A stretch of DNA of 64,000 nucleotides from Candidatus Multivorans sp. (GCA_965224025.1 OZ245033.1:3072001-3136000), one strand, 5' to 3'. Counted from the stretch's first letter, positions 1 through 9,981 are shown. Notes: a model not told the origin generated them from the letters alone. Numbers and translations are program-made.

Positions 1-148
1 CCGCGGATGGGGCCGCGAGTCCGGCGAGTGCGAGAGCGCCGATCGTTGCTGCGAGAGTCGTCTTCCTGTTGTGCACCGCGTCCTCCTGTTGCGCCCTCCG
101 TGTGTCGGCAGGGCGAACGACAGCGTATCGCGGCCGACCCTTCCGGCT

Positions 149-1996
149 CTAGGATTTGGCCACGGCGCTTCGCCGGCGTGTTGGTCTGAGCCGTTGGAGC
201 AAGCGAAGCGTCCTCTGGACATCTGGCGGTACGGTGTTCATGTGGTGGATCACCTCTTCCTGAGCTAGGTGAAAGGGGAACTCCTCTTGCTGCAACCAAC
301 CTTGAAGGCCGCTCAGCACCTTCTTGGCGTCCGACCAGTGTGCCAAGTTCGCGTCCTCAAGTGGGACCTCCTCCTGAGCTTGGTCCATAGCAGTCGTCAG
401 GCTCAGTCGAGGGTCTTCTTGTTGGATTCTCTCGGCCACCCTTACCCAGATGCGTTCCCGCTGATCTCCCAGTCGGCGCTCCCATTCGCGAATAAAGCGT
501 CATCGCACCCTGCGCCACGCCGTTTTCTTGGCCGTTGCGGCGGCGTTTGAATCGAGCGCGCGCAGAATGGCCTCTAGATCCAAGAGGTAATTCTCGACTT
601 CATTCTCCTCCCAAAGGACGAGTCTAAAGTCGAGCTTGTACGCTTCGCTTTTGGCGGTGGCGTTCCGGTCTCGTAGTGCTCTCAGGCGCGTCTTGTCGGT
701 ACGGTAGTCACGATCTCCGATTGCCAAGAACCTCGTAGTGACCGCACTCTCGAGTCCAGGGCTAGTAACGATATCTCGGACTTGAGGCGCCAGATCGAGT
801 ACGCGGGCCTCTATGGGCCCTTGGTACGTGTACAGAAATGTCAGGTGGCGCCAGATCGCCTGCTGCTTCTTCGCTCCCCAGTGCTTTCGAGCAAAGGCCT
901 CCAGGAGCTTGCGGTCGCTCTTGTTCTCCACGAAGACCACGACACGGTTCACCAGCAATGGCACCAGTTCCATCTGGTCCATGGCACCCAGATCGCCCAA
1001 TAGGAGGAGCTGGTCTGGTTGGACGGTGAAAGGAACGGCCTGACCGGCCATGCAAACGCGAATGGAGCCCGACGGTGCTGCGTTCAGGAGTTGAGGGGAG
1101 TGCGTAGCAAGCACGAACTGCTCGCCTTCTTCACGAGCCAGGCGCTCCAAGATGGCCATTAGCTGGCCTTGTAGGCGAGCGTGTAGGTGTGCGTCCGGTT
1201 CATCGAGAAGGAACATCGCCGCGCCGGGTGTCAGTACGGATGCCAGAATCTGAAGGGCTTGGTGGAATCCAGAGCCGGACGTGATGACGTCTCGCCTGCG
1301 TCGTAGAGCTTGGTCCTTGTAGGTGGCCTTCAGAAAACGGTCAATGTCGAGATTGAAGTCCACATCGACGGTGCTCTCTGGAAACAGCTCGGCCAATAGC
1401 TCTTGGAGCTTTCGCCAGCGCAGCGGCTCGTCTTGCTGTAGATGCCAGAGTTGATTCCGAATCGTCTCGCCGTGCCGCTGTAGGCGCAACCTGTCCTGCC
1501 GTGCAGGCGGCGTCAGGTACTCCTCCTGAGGCAAGAAGCCCGCGAAGATGGGAATCAGGCGAATCTCTCGGCGGTGTACTGCTTCTTGCCACGGGCCCTT
1601 TGCGCTTGGTTGGATGCTGAAGCGGTTGTAGCTGATCCGGATCTGAAACTCGATCTCGGAGCCGTTGGTGAACGCGGCCTTTAGTGAGATGGGTCTCGGT
1701 TTGGATTTGCGGGTGATCAGCCCGTCGGGCCAGAGGTCGCCGGGATGAGCGGCGGGAACGACGCCGAACTCCTCGAAGCCGGTCGTTCGGCTGGCCAGCA
1801 CCAAATCGTCGGCTCGACGGCCATTCCCGTTGTACTTCCGTGTGATCTCGATGCAGTACTGGAAGAGGGTCAGGGCTTGAAGGATCGTCGACTTCCCGCT
1901 GTTGTTCGCGCCGACCAACAGCGTGATGTCCTCAAGGTCGACGCTTGTCGCGTCGCGGAAGCGTTTGAAGCCCTTGATCGTGAATTGGCGGAGCAT
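149..1996 (-). pseudogene. OLD-like ABC-type ATPase + TOPRIM-like nuclease, interrupted by one in-frame TGA at 500-502
   Basis: Walker A GANNSGKS, GSGFHQ signature, Walker B LLDEPDAHLH, ATHS; TOPRIM-like VFVENKSD...DRD...EVENYLL. ORFs 500..1996 and 149..439 are in the same frame; reading through the TGA gives a continuous frame (..RRVR*RFIREWERRLGDQRERIWVRVAERIQ..). Confidence 0.75.
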
Positions 1997-2303
1997 CGTC
2001 GGTCTGTCCTGAAGTCTCGGGAGAAAGGAGGCTCAGTCGGCGGTTGAGGGCCTCTTGGCGAACTTGGCCGTCGAAGGAGGAGGCCAGCGGCCGACCACCG
2101 TTGCGGCTCGTTGGGGAATCCTATGGCAACGGCGTGTCGGCAACAGTGTCGGTATCGGCTTTCCGGTCTTGGGATCGCGTTGCCGTTCACGCTCCGTGGG
2201 GATTTGGTCGGCTGTTGGGCGGCGCGCGCCCCAAAGAGGGAGGACCCGGTCGGCTATTCTGCCGTCCCCGTTCCGACCAGGTCTCACCGAGGGAGCATCG
2301 CCC

Positions 2304-3038
2304 ATGATCGATCTGCACTACTGGCCGACGCCGAACGGCAAGAAGGTCACCATCCTGCTCGAGGAGTGCGGGCTCCCGTACCGCATCGTGCCCTGCCGGA
2401 TCGGCTTCGGCGATCAGTTCAAGGAAGAGTTCCTGGCCATCTCGCCGAACAACCGGATGCCGGCGATGGTCGACCATGAGCCGGCGGACGGCGGCGAGCC
2501 CATCGCGCTGTTCGAGTCCGGCGCGATCATGATCTACATCGCCGAGAAGGCCGGGCAGTTCTACCCCCAGGAGCTGCGCGCGCGCCACGAGGTGAACCAG
2601 TGGCTCATCTGGCAGATGGCGAACCAGGGGCCGAAGTCTGGCGAGTGCGGTCATTTCCGTCGCCTGCGCGACACGGAGGGCGACCAGAGCTACGCCGTGC
2701 GCCGCTTCACCGACGAAGTGAACCGGCTCTACGGGGTGATGAACAACCGCCTCTACGACCGGCGGTATCTGATCGGCGACGAGTACACGATCGCCGACAT
2801 GATCTGCTACCCGTGGACGGTTCGCTGGGAGGACCAGCGGCAGGACATCGAGGAGTTTCCGTACTTCAAGCGCTGGTTCGAGGAACTCGGCGCCCGTCCG
2901 GCGGTTCAGCGCGGCATGGACGTCTCGAGCGGCGAAGCGATCGACTACAAGAACCTCTCCGACGAGGAACGCGCACGCCTGAAGAAACTGCTCTACAACC
3001 AGCGCGCCCGGCCGGCGCCGGAGGGTGGCCTGCTGTAG
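2304..3038 (+). CDS. glutathione S-transferase (YfcG/YghU-like)
   Basis: MIDLHYWPTPNGKKV, SPNNRMPA, LFESGAI, YTIADM motifs; ATG at 2304 after GGGAG. Confidence 0.9.
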   Translation: MIDLHYWPTPNGKKVTILLEECGLPYRIVPCRIGFGDQFKEEFLAISPNNRMPAMVDHEPADGGEPIALFESGAIMIYIAEKAGQFYPQELRARHEVNQWLIWQMANQGPKSGECGHFRRLRDTEGDQSYAVRRFTDEVNRLYGVMNNRLYDRRYLIGDEYTIADMICYPWTVRWEDQRQDIEEFPYFKRWFEELGARPAVQRGMDVSSGEAIDYKNLSDEERARLKKLLYNQRARPAPEGGLL

Positions 3039-3054
3039 CGCTGGAGCGGCGGAC

Positions 3055-3265
3055 GCACCCGCCCGTCTTGGGGCAGGAGGGGTCGGCTCCCAGGTGACGT
3101 TCGCGCTTGAGAGGAGATGGGAGGGGATGGCGCTCACTCCGCCTCACCCGCTCCGGTTTGGCGTCGGTAAGTGCGGTGTCGTCGGGCGTCGCTCGTTCAG
3201 AGGCACCTGGGAGCCGACCCCTCCTGCCCCGACTGGGCTGGATGTCGGTGCCGAGCGGGCTGGAG
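3055..3265. repeat. structured element family C, copy 1: perfect 27-bp inverted repeat around a 107-nt core
   Basis: 3070-3096 ggggcaggaggggtcggctcccaggtg is the exact reverse complement of 3204-3230; core resembles 44479-44588. Confidence 0.85.
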
Positions 3266-3368
3266 CACAAGGCGAGGCCCCGACCTGTCTGAGGGTGCGC
3301 GGGCCTTGCGGCCCGCATTAGGGCGATGCCTTGAAGGGGCGAGCGCGCGACGCGATCGGCGAAGTCAG

Positions 3369-4316
3369 TCAGCCGTCGGGCAGCTTAGCAACTGCCCTGC
3401 GGAGTTCCGCATACGAGCTATGGCCCGTCATGGGTTCGACGACTCCCTGCCACTGCCGGTTCCAGGCCGCGATGACTTCGGGGGGTACTTCACGGGAGCC
3501 TTCGCCGGACTTGCCCTTGCGGACTTTCGAGGTGGTGCCGGAGTCAGGTAGGCCGCAGGCGGCATTGCGGGCGTCGCGGACCAGATGGTCGTCGAACTTC
3601 GGTCCGTGCTTGCGCATGAAGTCGATCAATGCCTGGCGGGTGGCGACCGCGACGCTCGGGTGGTCCGGCCGGAGGCCGAGGAAGGTGGCTACACGAGCAG
3701 TGGCCGCGGGGAGATCGGCGACGATGTCCTCGAAGCAGAGCCACAGAGTGTCCGGGTCCAGGCGGCGGGGCCACCAGGACACCAGGTGATCCCAGTAGCG
3801 GCCGCTTCGGGAGCCGTGGAGGACGTACTCGAGGGCGAAGTCCTGTATCGACACGCTGCCGGCCTCGAAGACCCAGCCGCTGAAGAAGTGGAAGAAGGAA
3901 ACGAGAGAGTCGGCAGGGTCGCGGGCGACGAATATGTAGCGGCCGCCCTTGGGCGTCGAGTTCCAGTCGAAGTGGGTCTTGAAGGCCCGCGGCGCGGCCC
4001 GCTGCGGGGCGTCCAGGTCGAGGCCGAGGTCGTGGGCAAGCTCGAGCCACGGCACGACCTCCGTGATCTCGTCGAAGTCCATGTCGCCGCCGGTGCGCAG
4101 GCCGTGGACGATCTGCTGCATCAGGGTCGTGCCGGCCTTGGGGTAAGTGGCGATCAGGACGTCTGTCGGCTGCAGTTGGAAGTTGCGCCCCTTCTTGATC
4201 CCTTCCGGCGTCGCGAAGCCGGCCATACGCCGACGGATGCCATCGACCGTGGTCGCCCGGCTCAGGGAGGAGCCGCCATTGGGCGCGCCGGTGGCGCCGC
4301 CGACGTTTCCGCTCAC
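3369..4316 (-). CDS. PAPS-dependent sulfotransferase domain protein
   Basis: 5'-PSB motif ATYPKAGTT, KTH, 3'-PB motif RDPADSLVSF, KVRKGKSG. Confidence 0.9.
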   Translation of the reverse strand: MSGNVGGATGAPNGGSSLSRATTVDGIRRRMAGFATPEGIKKGRNFQLQPTDVLIATYPKAGTTLMQQIVHGLRTGGDMDFDEITEVVPWLELAHDLGLDLDAPQRAAPRAFKTHFDWNSTPKGGRYIFVARDPADSLVSFFHFFSGWVFEAGSVSIQDFALEYVLHGSRSGRYWDHLVSWWPRRLDPDTLWLCFEDIVADLPAATARVATFLGLRPDHPSVAVATRQALIDFMRKHGPKFDDHLVRDARNAACGLPDSGTTSKVRKGKSGEGSREVPPEVIAAWNRQWQGVVEPMTGHSSYAELRRAVAKLPDG

Positions 4317-5122
4317 GACAGCACCTCCGCCGAAAGGTCGACTCCCACCGGGCAGTGGTCGGAACCGGTGACATTCGTCGCGATGAAGGCGCGATCGACG
4401 AAACGCATCGCGGCCGCCGACGCGAGCACCAGGTCGATCCGCCAGCCGACGTTGCGCTCACGGGCATGGAACGCTTGCTTCCACCAGCTATAGCGCACCG
4501 TGTCGGGGTGCAGGGTCCGGAAGGTGTCGATCCAGCCGGCGTCGAGCCAGCGCTGGAGTTCCTCGCACTCCTCGGGCAGGAAGCCCGAGTTCTTCCTGTT
4601 CTGTTTGGGCCGCGCCAGATCGATCGGCTGCGGCGCGGTGTTGAAGTCGCCCATGACGAGGACGCGGTAGCCGGCCTCACGCGCTTGGTCGACCTGCTCG
4701 AACAGGGCGCGGTAGAAGTCCAGTTTGTAGGGCACGCGGCTGTTGTCGCGCTTGCTGCCGCTGCCCTTGGGGAAGTAGACGTTGGCGACCAGAAGCTTGC
4801 CGAAGAGCGCCAGTTGAAGACGGCCCTCGGCGTCGAAGCGGTGCTCGCCGAGGGAAGTGCGCACCCAGGTGGGCCGGATGCGCGCGTAGAGGCCGACGCC
4901 GGAGTAGCCGGGGCGCTCGGCGCTCGAGAAGCTTGTGTGCCAGCGGCTTGGCTTTCGCAGCTCCGGCAGCAGTTGTTCTGCGCGGGCCTTGGTCTCCTGC
5001 AGGCCGACGATCTGCGCCCGGCTGGTCCCGAGCCAGTCGAGGAACCCCTTGCGCCCGCGGGCGCGCAGGCCGTTCACGTTCCAGGAGACGACGCGGATGC
5101 GGCGCCGCGGGCGGGGACTCAG
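4313..5122 (-). CDS. xth: exodeoxyribonuclease III (AP endonuclease)
   Basis: VVSWNVNGLRA, LQETK, GYSGV, GDFN, GWRID, GSDHCPV; probable CTG start at 5122 overlapping the upstream TGA (start uncertain). Confidence 0.9.
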   Translation of the reverse strand: MSPRPRRRIRVVSWNVNGLRARGRKGFLDWLGTSRAQIVGLQETKARAEQLLPELRKPSRWHTSFSSAERPGYSGVGLYARIRPTWVRTSLGEHRFDAEGRLQLALFGKLLVANVYFPKGSGSKRDNSRVPYKLDFYRALFEQVDQAREAGYRVLVMGDFNTAPQPIDLARPKQNRKNSGFLPEECEELQRWLDAGWIDTFRTLHPDTVRYSWWKQAFHARERNVGWRIDLVLASAAAMRFVDRAFIATNVTGSDHCPVGVDLSAEVLS

Positions 5123-5760
5123 ATGCCGCTCCGGTCCGGCGGGTCGACGTCGTACGACATGATCATCATGTCGCGCGTGCGTCCGGAGCGGTCGATCACC
5201 CAGTCCGTGAGCAGGGCCTCGGGCGAGAAGCCGAGCCGCTCGAAGAGTCGGCGGGCGCCGATCTGCTCGCGCGTCATCTGCGCCACGAGCTTGAGCAGGC
5301 CCATGTCGTGCGCCGTGTCGAAAACGCGCTGCGTCAGGATGCGGCCGAGGCCGGAGCGGCGGTGGCCTTCCGCGATGATCACGCGGATCTCGCCCAGGTG
5401 GCTCATCCACTGCAAGCCGCGCAGGTTGAGGCTGCCGTAGCCCACCAACTCGTTCTCGTAGTAGGCGAGGGTCGTGAACCGGCTGCCGGTGTCGGCGTCG
5501 CGGATCCAGCCCTCGACAACGTCCGGATCGGTGAGGTCGGAGCGCAGGAACTGCAGGTCGATCTCGGGCAGGGCGCGGGCGAGGCTCACGATGTCGTCGC
5601 GGTCTTCGGGACGCAGGCGGCGTAACTCGTAGTCGCGGTCGCTGCATTGGACCCGCTCGACGGTGCTTCCGTCTTCGACCCCCGGTGCCGGAACGTCGGC
5701 GCCGGGACCGGTTCCCGGTTGCAGGACGGCGGCAGTCAGGGCACTGCGGAGTACGGACAT
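5119..5760 (-). CDS. GNAT family N-acetyltransferase
   Basis: HRRSGLGRIL acetyl-CoA motif, ARRLFERLGF; start uncertain. Confidence 0.8.
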   Translation of the reverse strand: MSVLRSALTAAVLQPGTGPGADVPAPGVEDGSTVERVQCSDRDYELRRLRPEDRDDIVSLARALPEIDLQFLRSDLTDPDVVEGWIRDADTGSRFTTLAYYENELVGYGSLNLRGLQWMSHLGEIRVIIAEGHRRSGLGRILTQRVFDTAHDMGLLKLVAQMTREQIGARRLFERLGFSPEALLTDWVIDRSGRTRDMMIMSYDVDPPDRSGI

Positions 5761-5817
5761 GTGCGAAGCGACCAGGTCGGCCGCCGGATGCTCGGTGCGT
5801 GCCCGCTCGGCCGGCCG

Positions 5818-5884
5818 ACCCGGGTGGCGCGAGCCGCGCCACCCGTGAACCAGTCCGTGCGCCCGTCATCGGGCGCACGGATGG
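5818..5884 (+). repeat. two-hairpin REP-like family A, copy 1
   Basis: gtggcgcg-agc-cgcgccac followed by ccgtgcgccc-gtcatc-gggcgcacgg-atgg; similar copies at 19082 and 58475. Confidence 0.85.
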
Positions 5885-5987
5885 AACCTGCCAACGCTAG
5901 CAGCATGCAACCTTCCGGACCACGCCCGCGCATTGCAGCATCCCGGTCGGGTATCGTCGCGCGAACCAGACCGAAGGAGAAAGCGAG

Positions 5988-7058
5988 ATGGCTCCGATAC
6001 CGAAGGGCGGCACGGTCGCGGTCACGGGAAGCGCCGGGTTCGTCGGCGGTTGGGTGGTCCGCCTGCTGCTGGACAAGGGCTATCGCGTGCGCGCCTGCGT
6101 GCGGGACGCGAACGACTCGGAGAAAACGACCTTCCTGCGCGGGATGCCCGGGTACGCCTCGGGCCGGCTGACGATCCACTCGGCGAACCTGGACGAGGCG
6201 GGCTGCTTCAACGACATCTTCGCCGGTTGCCACGGCGTGGCACACGTCACGCACGTCAGCGACTACAACGACTTCGACTACGTCAAGAATGTGTGCGACC
6301 ACATCATCGCGAGCATCGAGAAGTCGGGATCGGTGACGCGGGTCGTCGTGACTTCGAGCATCGCGGCCGTCATCATGGAGGCCGACATCTACGAGTTCGT
6401 CCGGCGGCCGGTTCTGTACGAGGACCGCTATCCGGACGAGGCGAACCCGAAGCGCACCTCGGAGCGCGGCCACGGATACTCGATGAGCAAGCTCTACGCT
6501 CAAGGAGCCTTCACGGAAGCGGCGGAGAAGAGCGGTCGCTGGGACGCGATCACCTGCTGCCCTGGCGACAACGTGGGACCGATCCTGTCGGCGCACCAGA
6601 AGGACAAGGGTCCCTGGCAGCACAACATCGAGTTGATGCTGCTTGGCGAGTGCACGCAGACCCAGGCCTACCGGCCGTGGATGACCGTGGACGTGCGCGA
6701 CGACGCGGAGAGCCACATCCGGCTGCTCGAGAGCATCAACGTCAGGAACGGGGAACGCTTCATTGCCTGGTCGGCGGACGCGGTGCCGGTGGAGGAGATC
6801 AACGCCGGGATCGACCGCCTGCTGCCGGAACTCCGCCATGACACGCCGGAGGTTACGGACCCCCATCCCGAGCACGTGCAGAAGCGGGAAGACGAGTTGC
6901 GCGGGATCTGGGCCGGCTGCGAACTGCGCAACGACCGGATGCGGGCGGCGACGGGAATCACGTTCCGGCCCTTCGACGAGTCGCTGCGCGACTGCGTCGA
7001 GTCGCTGCTGGCGGTGGCCAAGGTGGAGCCGAAGCGGCGGCCGGAGACGGACGTCTGA
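5988..7058 (+). CDS. NAD-dependent epimerase/dehydratase (dihydroflavonol reductase-like extended SDR)
   Basis: VTGSAGFVG, VVTSSIAA, YSMSK (YxxxK), VDVRD. Confidence 0.85.
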   Translation: MAPIPKGGTVAVTGSAGFVGGWVVRLLLDKGYRVRACVRDANDSEKTTFLRGMPGYASGRLTIHSANLDEAGCFNDIFAGCHGVAHVTHVSDYNDFDYVKNVCDHIIASIEKSGSVTRVVVTSSIAAVIMEADIYEFVRRPVLYEDRYPDEANPKRTSERGHGYSMSKLYAQGAFTEAAEKSGRWDAITCCPGDNVGPILSAHQKDKGPWQHNIELMLLGECTQTQAYRPWMTVDVRDDAESHIRLLESINVRNGERFIAWSADAVPVEEINAGIDRLLPELRHDTPEVTDPHPEHVQKREDELRGIWAGCELRNDRMRAATGITFRPFDESLRDCVESLLAVAKVEPKRRPETDV

Positions 7059-7101
7059 GGCGGACGGCGTCGGGCTGGACCGCGTCGGGTTGTCGGGCGT
7101 T

Positions 7102-7319
7102 GGGCGCAGCGGCGTCCTCGCCACCGCCGGCGGTCTGGTCTGGAGCGCCAGCGTCGACGGGTACTCGCCCTGGACGAGGAGACCGGTGAACCGCTGTGGC
7201 GGATCTCGCTCGGCGCCGCGCCGCACGCATCTCCGATGAGTTACGCGGTCGGCGGGCAGAAGCGGGTGGTCGTCGCGATGGGCAACGTCGTCTTTGTGTT
7301 CGGTCTGGCTGGGGAGTAG
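7102..7319 (+). pseudogene. frameshifted C-terminal remnant of a PQQ-dependent dehydrogenase
   Basis: GVLATAGGLVWSASVDGY, frameshift near 7165, then ALDEETGEPLWRISLGAAPHASPMSYAVGGQKRVVVAMGNVVFVFGL; resembles the final PQQ beta-propeller repeats; no start codon. Confidence 0.75.
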
Positions 7320-7363
7320 GGTCCGGGCAGGTCGGCACGAAGCAAGCGGAGGTGTCGGAAGAG

Positions 7364-9949
7364 ATGGGAGTCCCCTGGTGGCGCCTTGCGGCGTGCGCGC
7401 ACTTGCTTGTCCTGTTCGTGGCTGGTCCTTCGCCAGGCCAGCAGGACGGCGAGTCCAAAGGTTCGGAGCCCGCACACGCCGAAGCCGAGTCCGACGATCC
7501 GGCGGCCCACGTCCACGACGAGATCGTGGTGACCGGCACCCGCGCGCGGCAGCGGTCCATCACCGAGTCGATGGCGCCGGTCGATGTGATTTCCGCCGAG
7601 CACGTGGCGCATCAGGGTGAGACGAACCTCGACGCGCTGCTGCGCAACGTGGTTCCGTCACTGAACATCAGCGCCACCTCCGGCGACGCCGCGGTGGTCG
7701 TGCGGCCGACGAACCTGCGCGGCCTGGCGCCCGACCACACCCTGGTGCTCGTCAACGGCCGGCGGCGCCATCGCGGCGCGGTGATCCTGTGGTCGCGGAT
7801 CGGTGTCTCACACGGCGCTCAGGGCCCGGACTTGTCGACGATTCCCGCCATCGCGCTGCGGCAGGTCGAGGTGCTGCGGGACGGCGCCTCGGCCCAGTAC
7901 GGTTCGGACGCGATTGCCGGGGTGATGAACTTCCTGCTCAAGGACGCCAGCTCCGGCGGGTCGTTCGAGCTGCTCACCGGCGCCTATGGCCAGGGGGACG
8001 GCGAGTCCGTGACCTTCGCCGGCAACGTCGGTCTGCCGTGGGGCGAGAGCGGCTTCGTCAACCTGAGCCTGGAGTACGGCGGCGCGGAGCCGACGAACCG
8101 GAACATCCAGCGCGCGGACGCCGCGCTGCTGGTCGCCGCCGGCAACACCCATGTCGCCGCCCCGGCGCAGCTCTTCGGCGCGCCGGAGGTCGAGGACGAC
8201 CTGAAGCTGTGGGCGAACTTCGGACGTCCCCTGGGCGGAGGCAGTTCGCAGTTCTACGGCCATGCGAACTACGCCAGCCGGCGGGTGGGGAGCCGCAACT
8301 TCTTCTTCCGCAACCCGAACACGCGGGACGCGGTGTTCAGCGGCGACGGCGGCGCCACGCTGCTGATCGGCGATGCGCTCGACGCGGCCGACGGGATCGT
8401 CGACGGGTCCGCCGGCTGTCCCTCCGTCTCGGTTTCGAACGGCCTGCCGGACCAGGGCGCGCTTGCCCGCGTGTTTGCCGATCCGAACTGCTTCAGCTTC
8501 CAGGAGATGTTCCCGGGCGGCTTTCAGCCGGTGTTCGGCGGCGACCGCACCGATGCTTCCCTGGTCGCCGGCGTGCGCGGATACACGGCCTCTGGCTTGA
8601 CCTGGGACGCGAGCCTCAGCACCGGCTCGAACGAGGCCGACTTCTTCCTCTACGACAGCGTGAACGCGTCCCTGGGGCCGGACACGCCGACCGCCTTCGA
8701 CCCCGGCTCCTACACGCAGGAGGAGCTGAGTGCGAACTTCGACGTCGCCCGCAACCTGAGCGAGCGGCTCCACCTCGCCGCCGGGCTGGAGTGGCGCAAC
8801 GAAGGGTTCGAGATCGGCCTCGGCGACATGGATTCCTGGCGTATCGGTCCCTATGCGCAGCAGGGCTTCAGTTCGGGCGCAAACGGCTTCCCGGGCTTCA
8901 GTCCGATCGCGGCCGGCGACTGGAACCGTTCGAACACCGCCGTCTACGGCGACCTGGAGTACGGGCCCCCCGACCACTCGTGGACCATTGGGACGGCGCT
9001 TCGCTTCGAGAACTATGACGACTTCGGCTCGACGGTGAACGGCAAGCTGGCGGGCCGCCGGGAGGTTGCGCCCGGACTGGCGCTCCGTGGCGGAGTCAGC
9101 ACCGGCTTCCGGGCGCCGACGCCCGGCCAGCAGAACGCCTTCAACGTCTCGACGCAGTGGGATCCCAACCTGATGGAGTTGGTGAACAACGGCACGATCC
9201 CGTCCACCTCGCGGGTGGCGGCGCTGCGCGGCGGCAAGGCCCTGGACGCCGAGAAGTCACTCAACCTGGCGGCCGGCATGGTCCTGGAGCGGGGTTCGTT
9301 CCTGCTCACGGCCGACGTGTTCCGGATCGACCTGCGCGACCGCCTGGGCGTGACCCAGCTCTTCGCGCTGGAGGCGGACGAGGTGGACCAGCTCCTGGCC
9401 GAGGGCATCACCAGCGCCGCGAATCTCGCGAACTTCCGCTTCTTCGCCAACGACTTCGAGACCCGCACGGAGGGCGTCGACCTGGTCGCGTCCTGGCAGC
9501 CGCCGGCCTGGGGCGGCCACACGACGCTCGATTTCGCGGTCAACCTGACCCGTACCGATGTCGTCGAGCACAATCCGGCGACCCTGGACACGCGGCGGAT
9601 CCGCGAACTGCGCGACGCCCTTCCCGGCTTGCGCTGGAACGCCTCGGTGCACCACGAGATCGGCCGGGTGGAACTGCTGGGACGCCTCGGCTATTTCGAC
9701 GGATGGTGGGATCCGAGGGACGCCTGGGCCTACGGCGGCGCCTACCTCGTCGACCTGGAGGCGGCGCTGCGGATCGACGAGCGCACTCGGTTCGTGATCG
9801 GCGGCCGCAACGCGCTGGACGGCGCCGCCGACCGCAATCCGAACCCGACGGTGATCGGCAACGTCTACAGCACGCGCGCGCCGTTCGACACGAACGGCGG
9901 CTTCTACTACGCGCGGTTGCAGTACCGGTGGGGAGCGGGCGGCGACTAG
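7364..9949 (+). CDS. TonB-dependent receptor
   Basis: TonB-box-like EIVVTG, plug motif NLRGLAPDHTLVLVNGRR, GASAQYGSDAIAGVMN, GFRAP, C-terminal beta strand; GGAGG upstream of ATG 7364. Confidence 0.92.
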   Translation: MGVPWWRLAACAHLLVLFVAGPSPGQQDGESKGSEPAHAEAESDDPAAHVHDEIVVTGTRARQRSITESMAPVDVISAEHVAHQGETNLDALLRNVVPSLNISATSGDAAVVVRPTNLRGLAPDHTLVLVNGRRRHRGAVILWSRIGVSHGAQGPDLSTIPAIALRQVEVLRDGASAQYGSDAIAGVMNFLLKDASSGGSFELLTGAYGQGDGESVTFAGNVGLPWGESGFVNLSLEYGGAEPTNRNIQRADAALLVAAGNTHVAAPAQLFGAPEVEDDLKLWANFGRPLGGGSSQFYGHANYASRRVGSRNFFFRNPNTRDAVFSGDGGATLLIGDALDAADGIVDGSAGCPSVSVSNGLPDQGALARVFADPNCFSFQEMFPGGFQPVFGGDRTDASLVAGVRGYTASGLTWDASLSTGSNEADFFLYDSVNASLGPDTPTAFDPGSYTQEELSANFDVARNLSERLHLAAGLEWRNEGFEIGLGDMDSWRIGPYAQQGFSSGANGFPGFSPIAAGDWNRSNTAVYGDLEYGPPDHSWTIGTALRFENYDDFGSTVNGKLAGRREVAPGLALRGGVSTGFRAPTPGQQNAFNVSTQWDPNLMELVNNGTIPSTSRVAALRGGKALDAEKSLNLAAGMVLERGSFLLTADVFRIDLRDRLGVTQLFALEADEVDQLLAEGITSAANLANFRFFANDFETRTEGVDLVASWQPPAWGGHTTLDFAVNLTRTDVVEHNPATLDTRRIRELRDALPGLRWNASVHHEIGRVELLGRLGYFDGWWDPRDAWAYGGAYLVDLEAALRIDERTRFVIGGRNALDGAADRNPNPTVIGNVYSTRAPFDTNGGFYYARLQYRWGAGGD

Positions 9950-9981
9950 CAATCAGCGCTGTGAATGCGCAGCGCTCGCTG

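Noticed and set aside
500-502. Genome-wide TGA recoding
   Set aside because: TGA ends many clear genes here (pyrR, pyrB, smc, actC), so this is a local event.
2033-2305. Minus-strand ORF with RDPKTGKPI, resembling the HU/IHF arm
   Set aside because: No other HU features; the similarity is too short.
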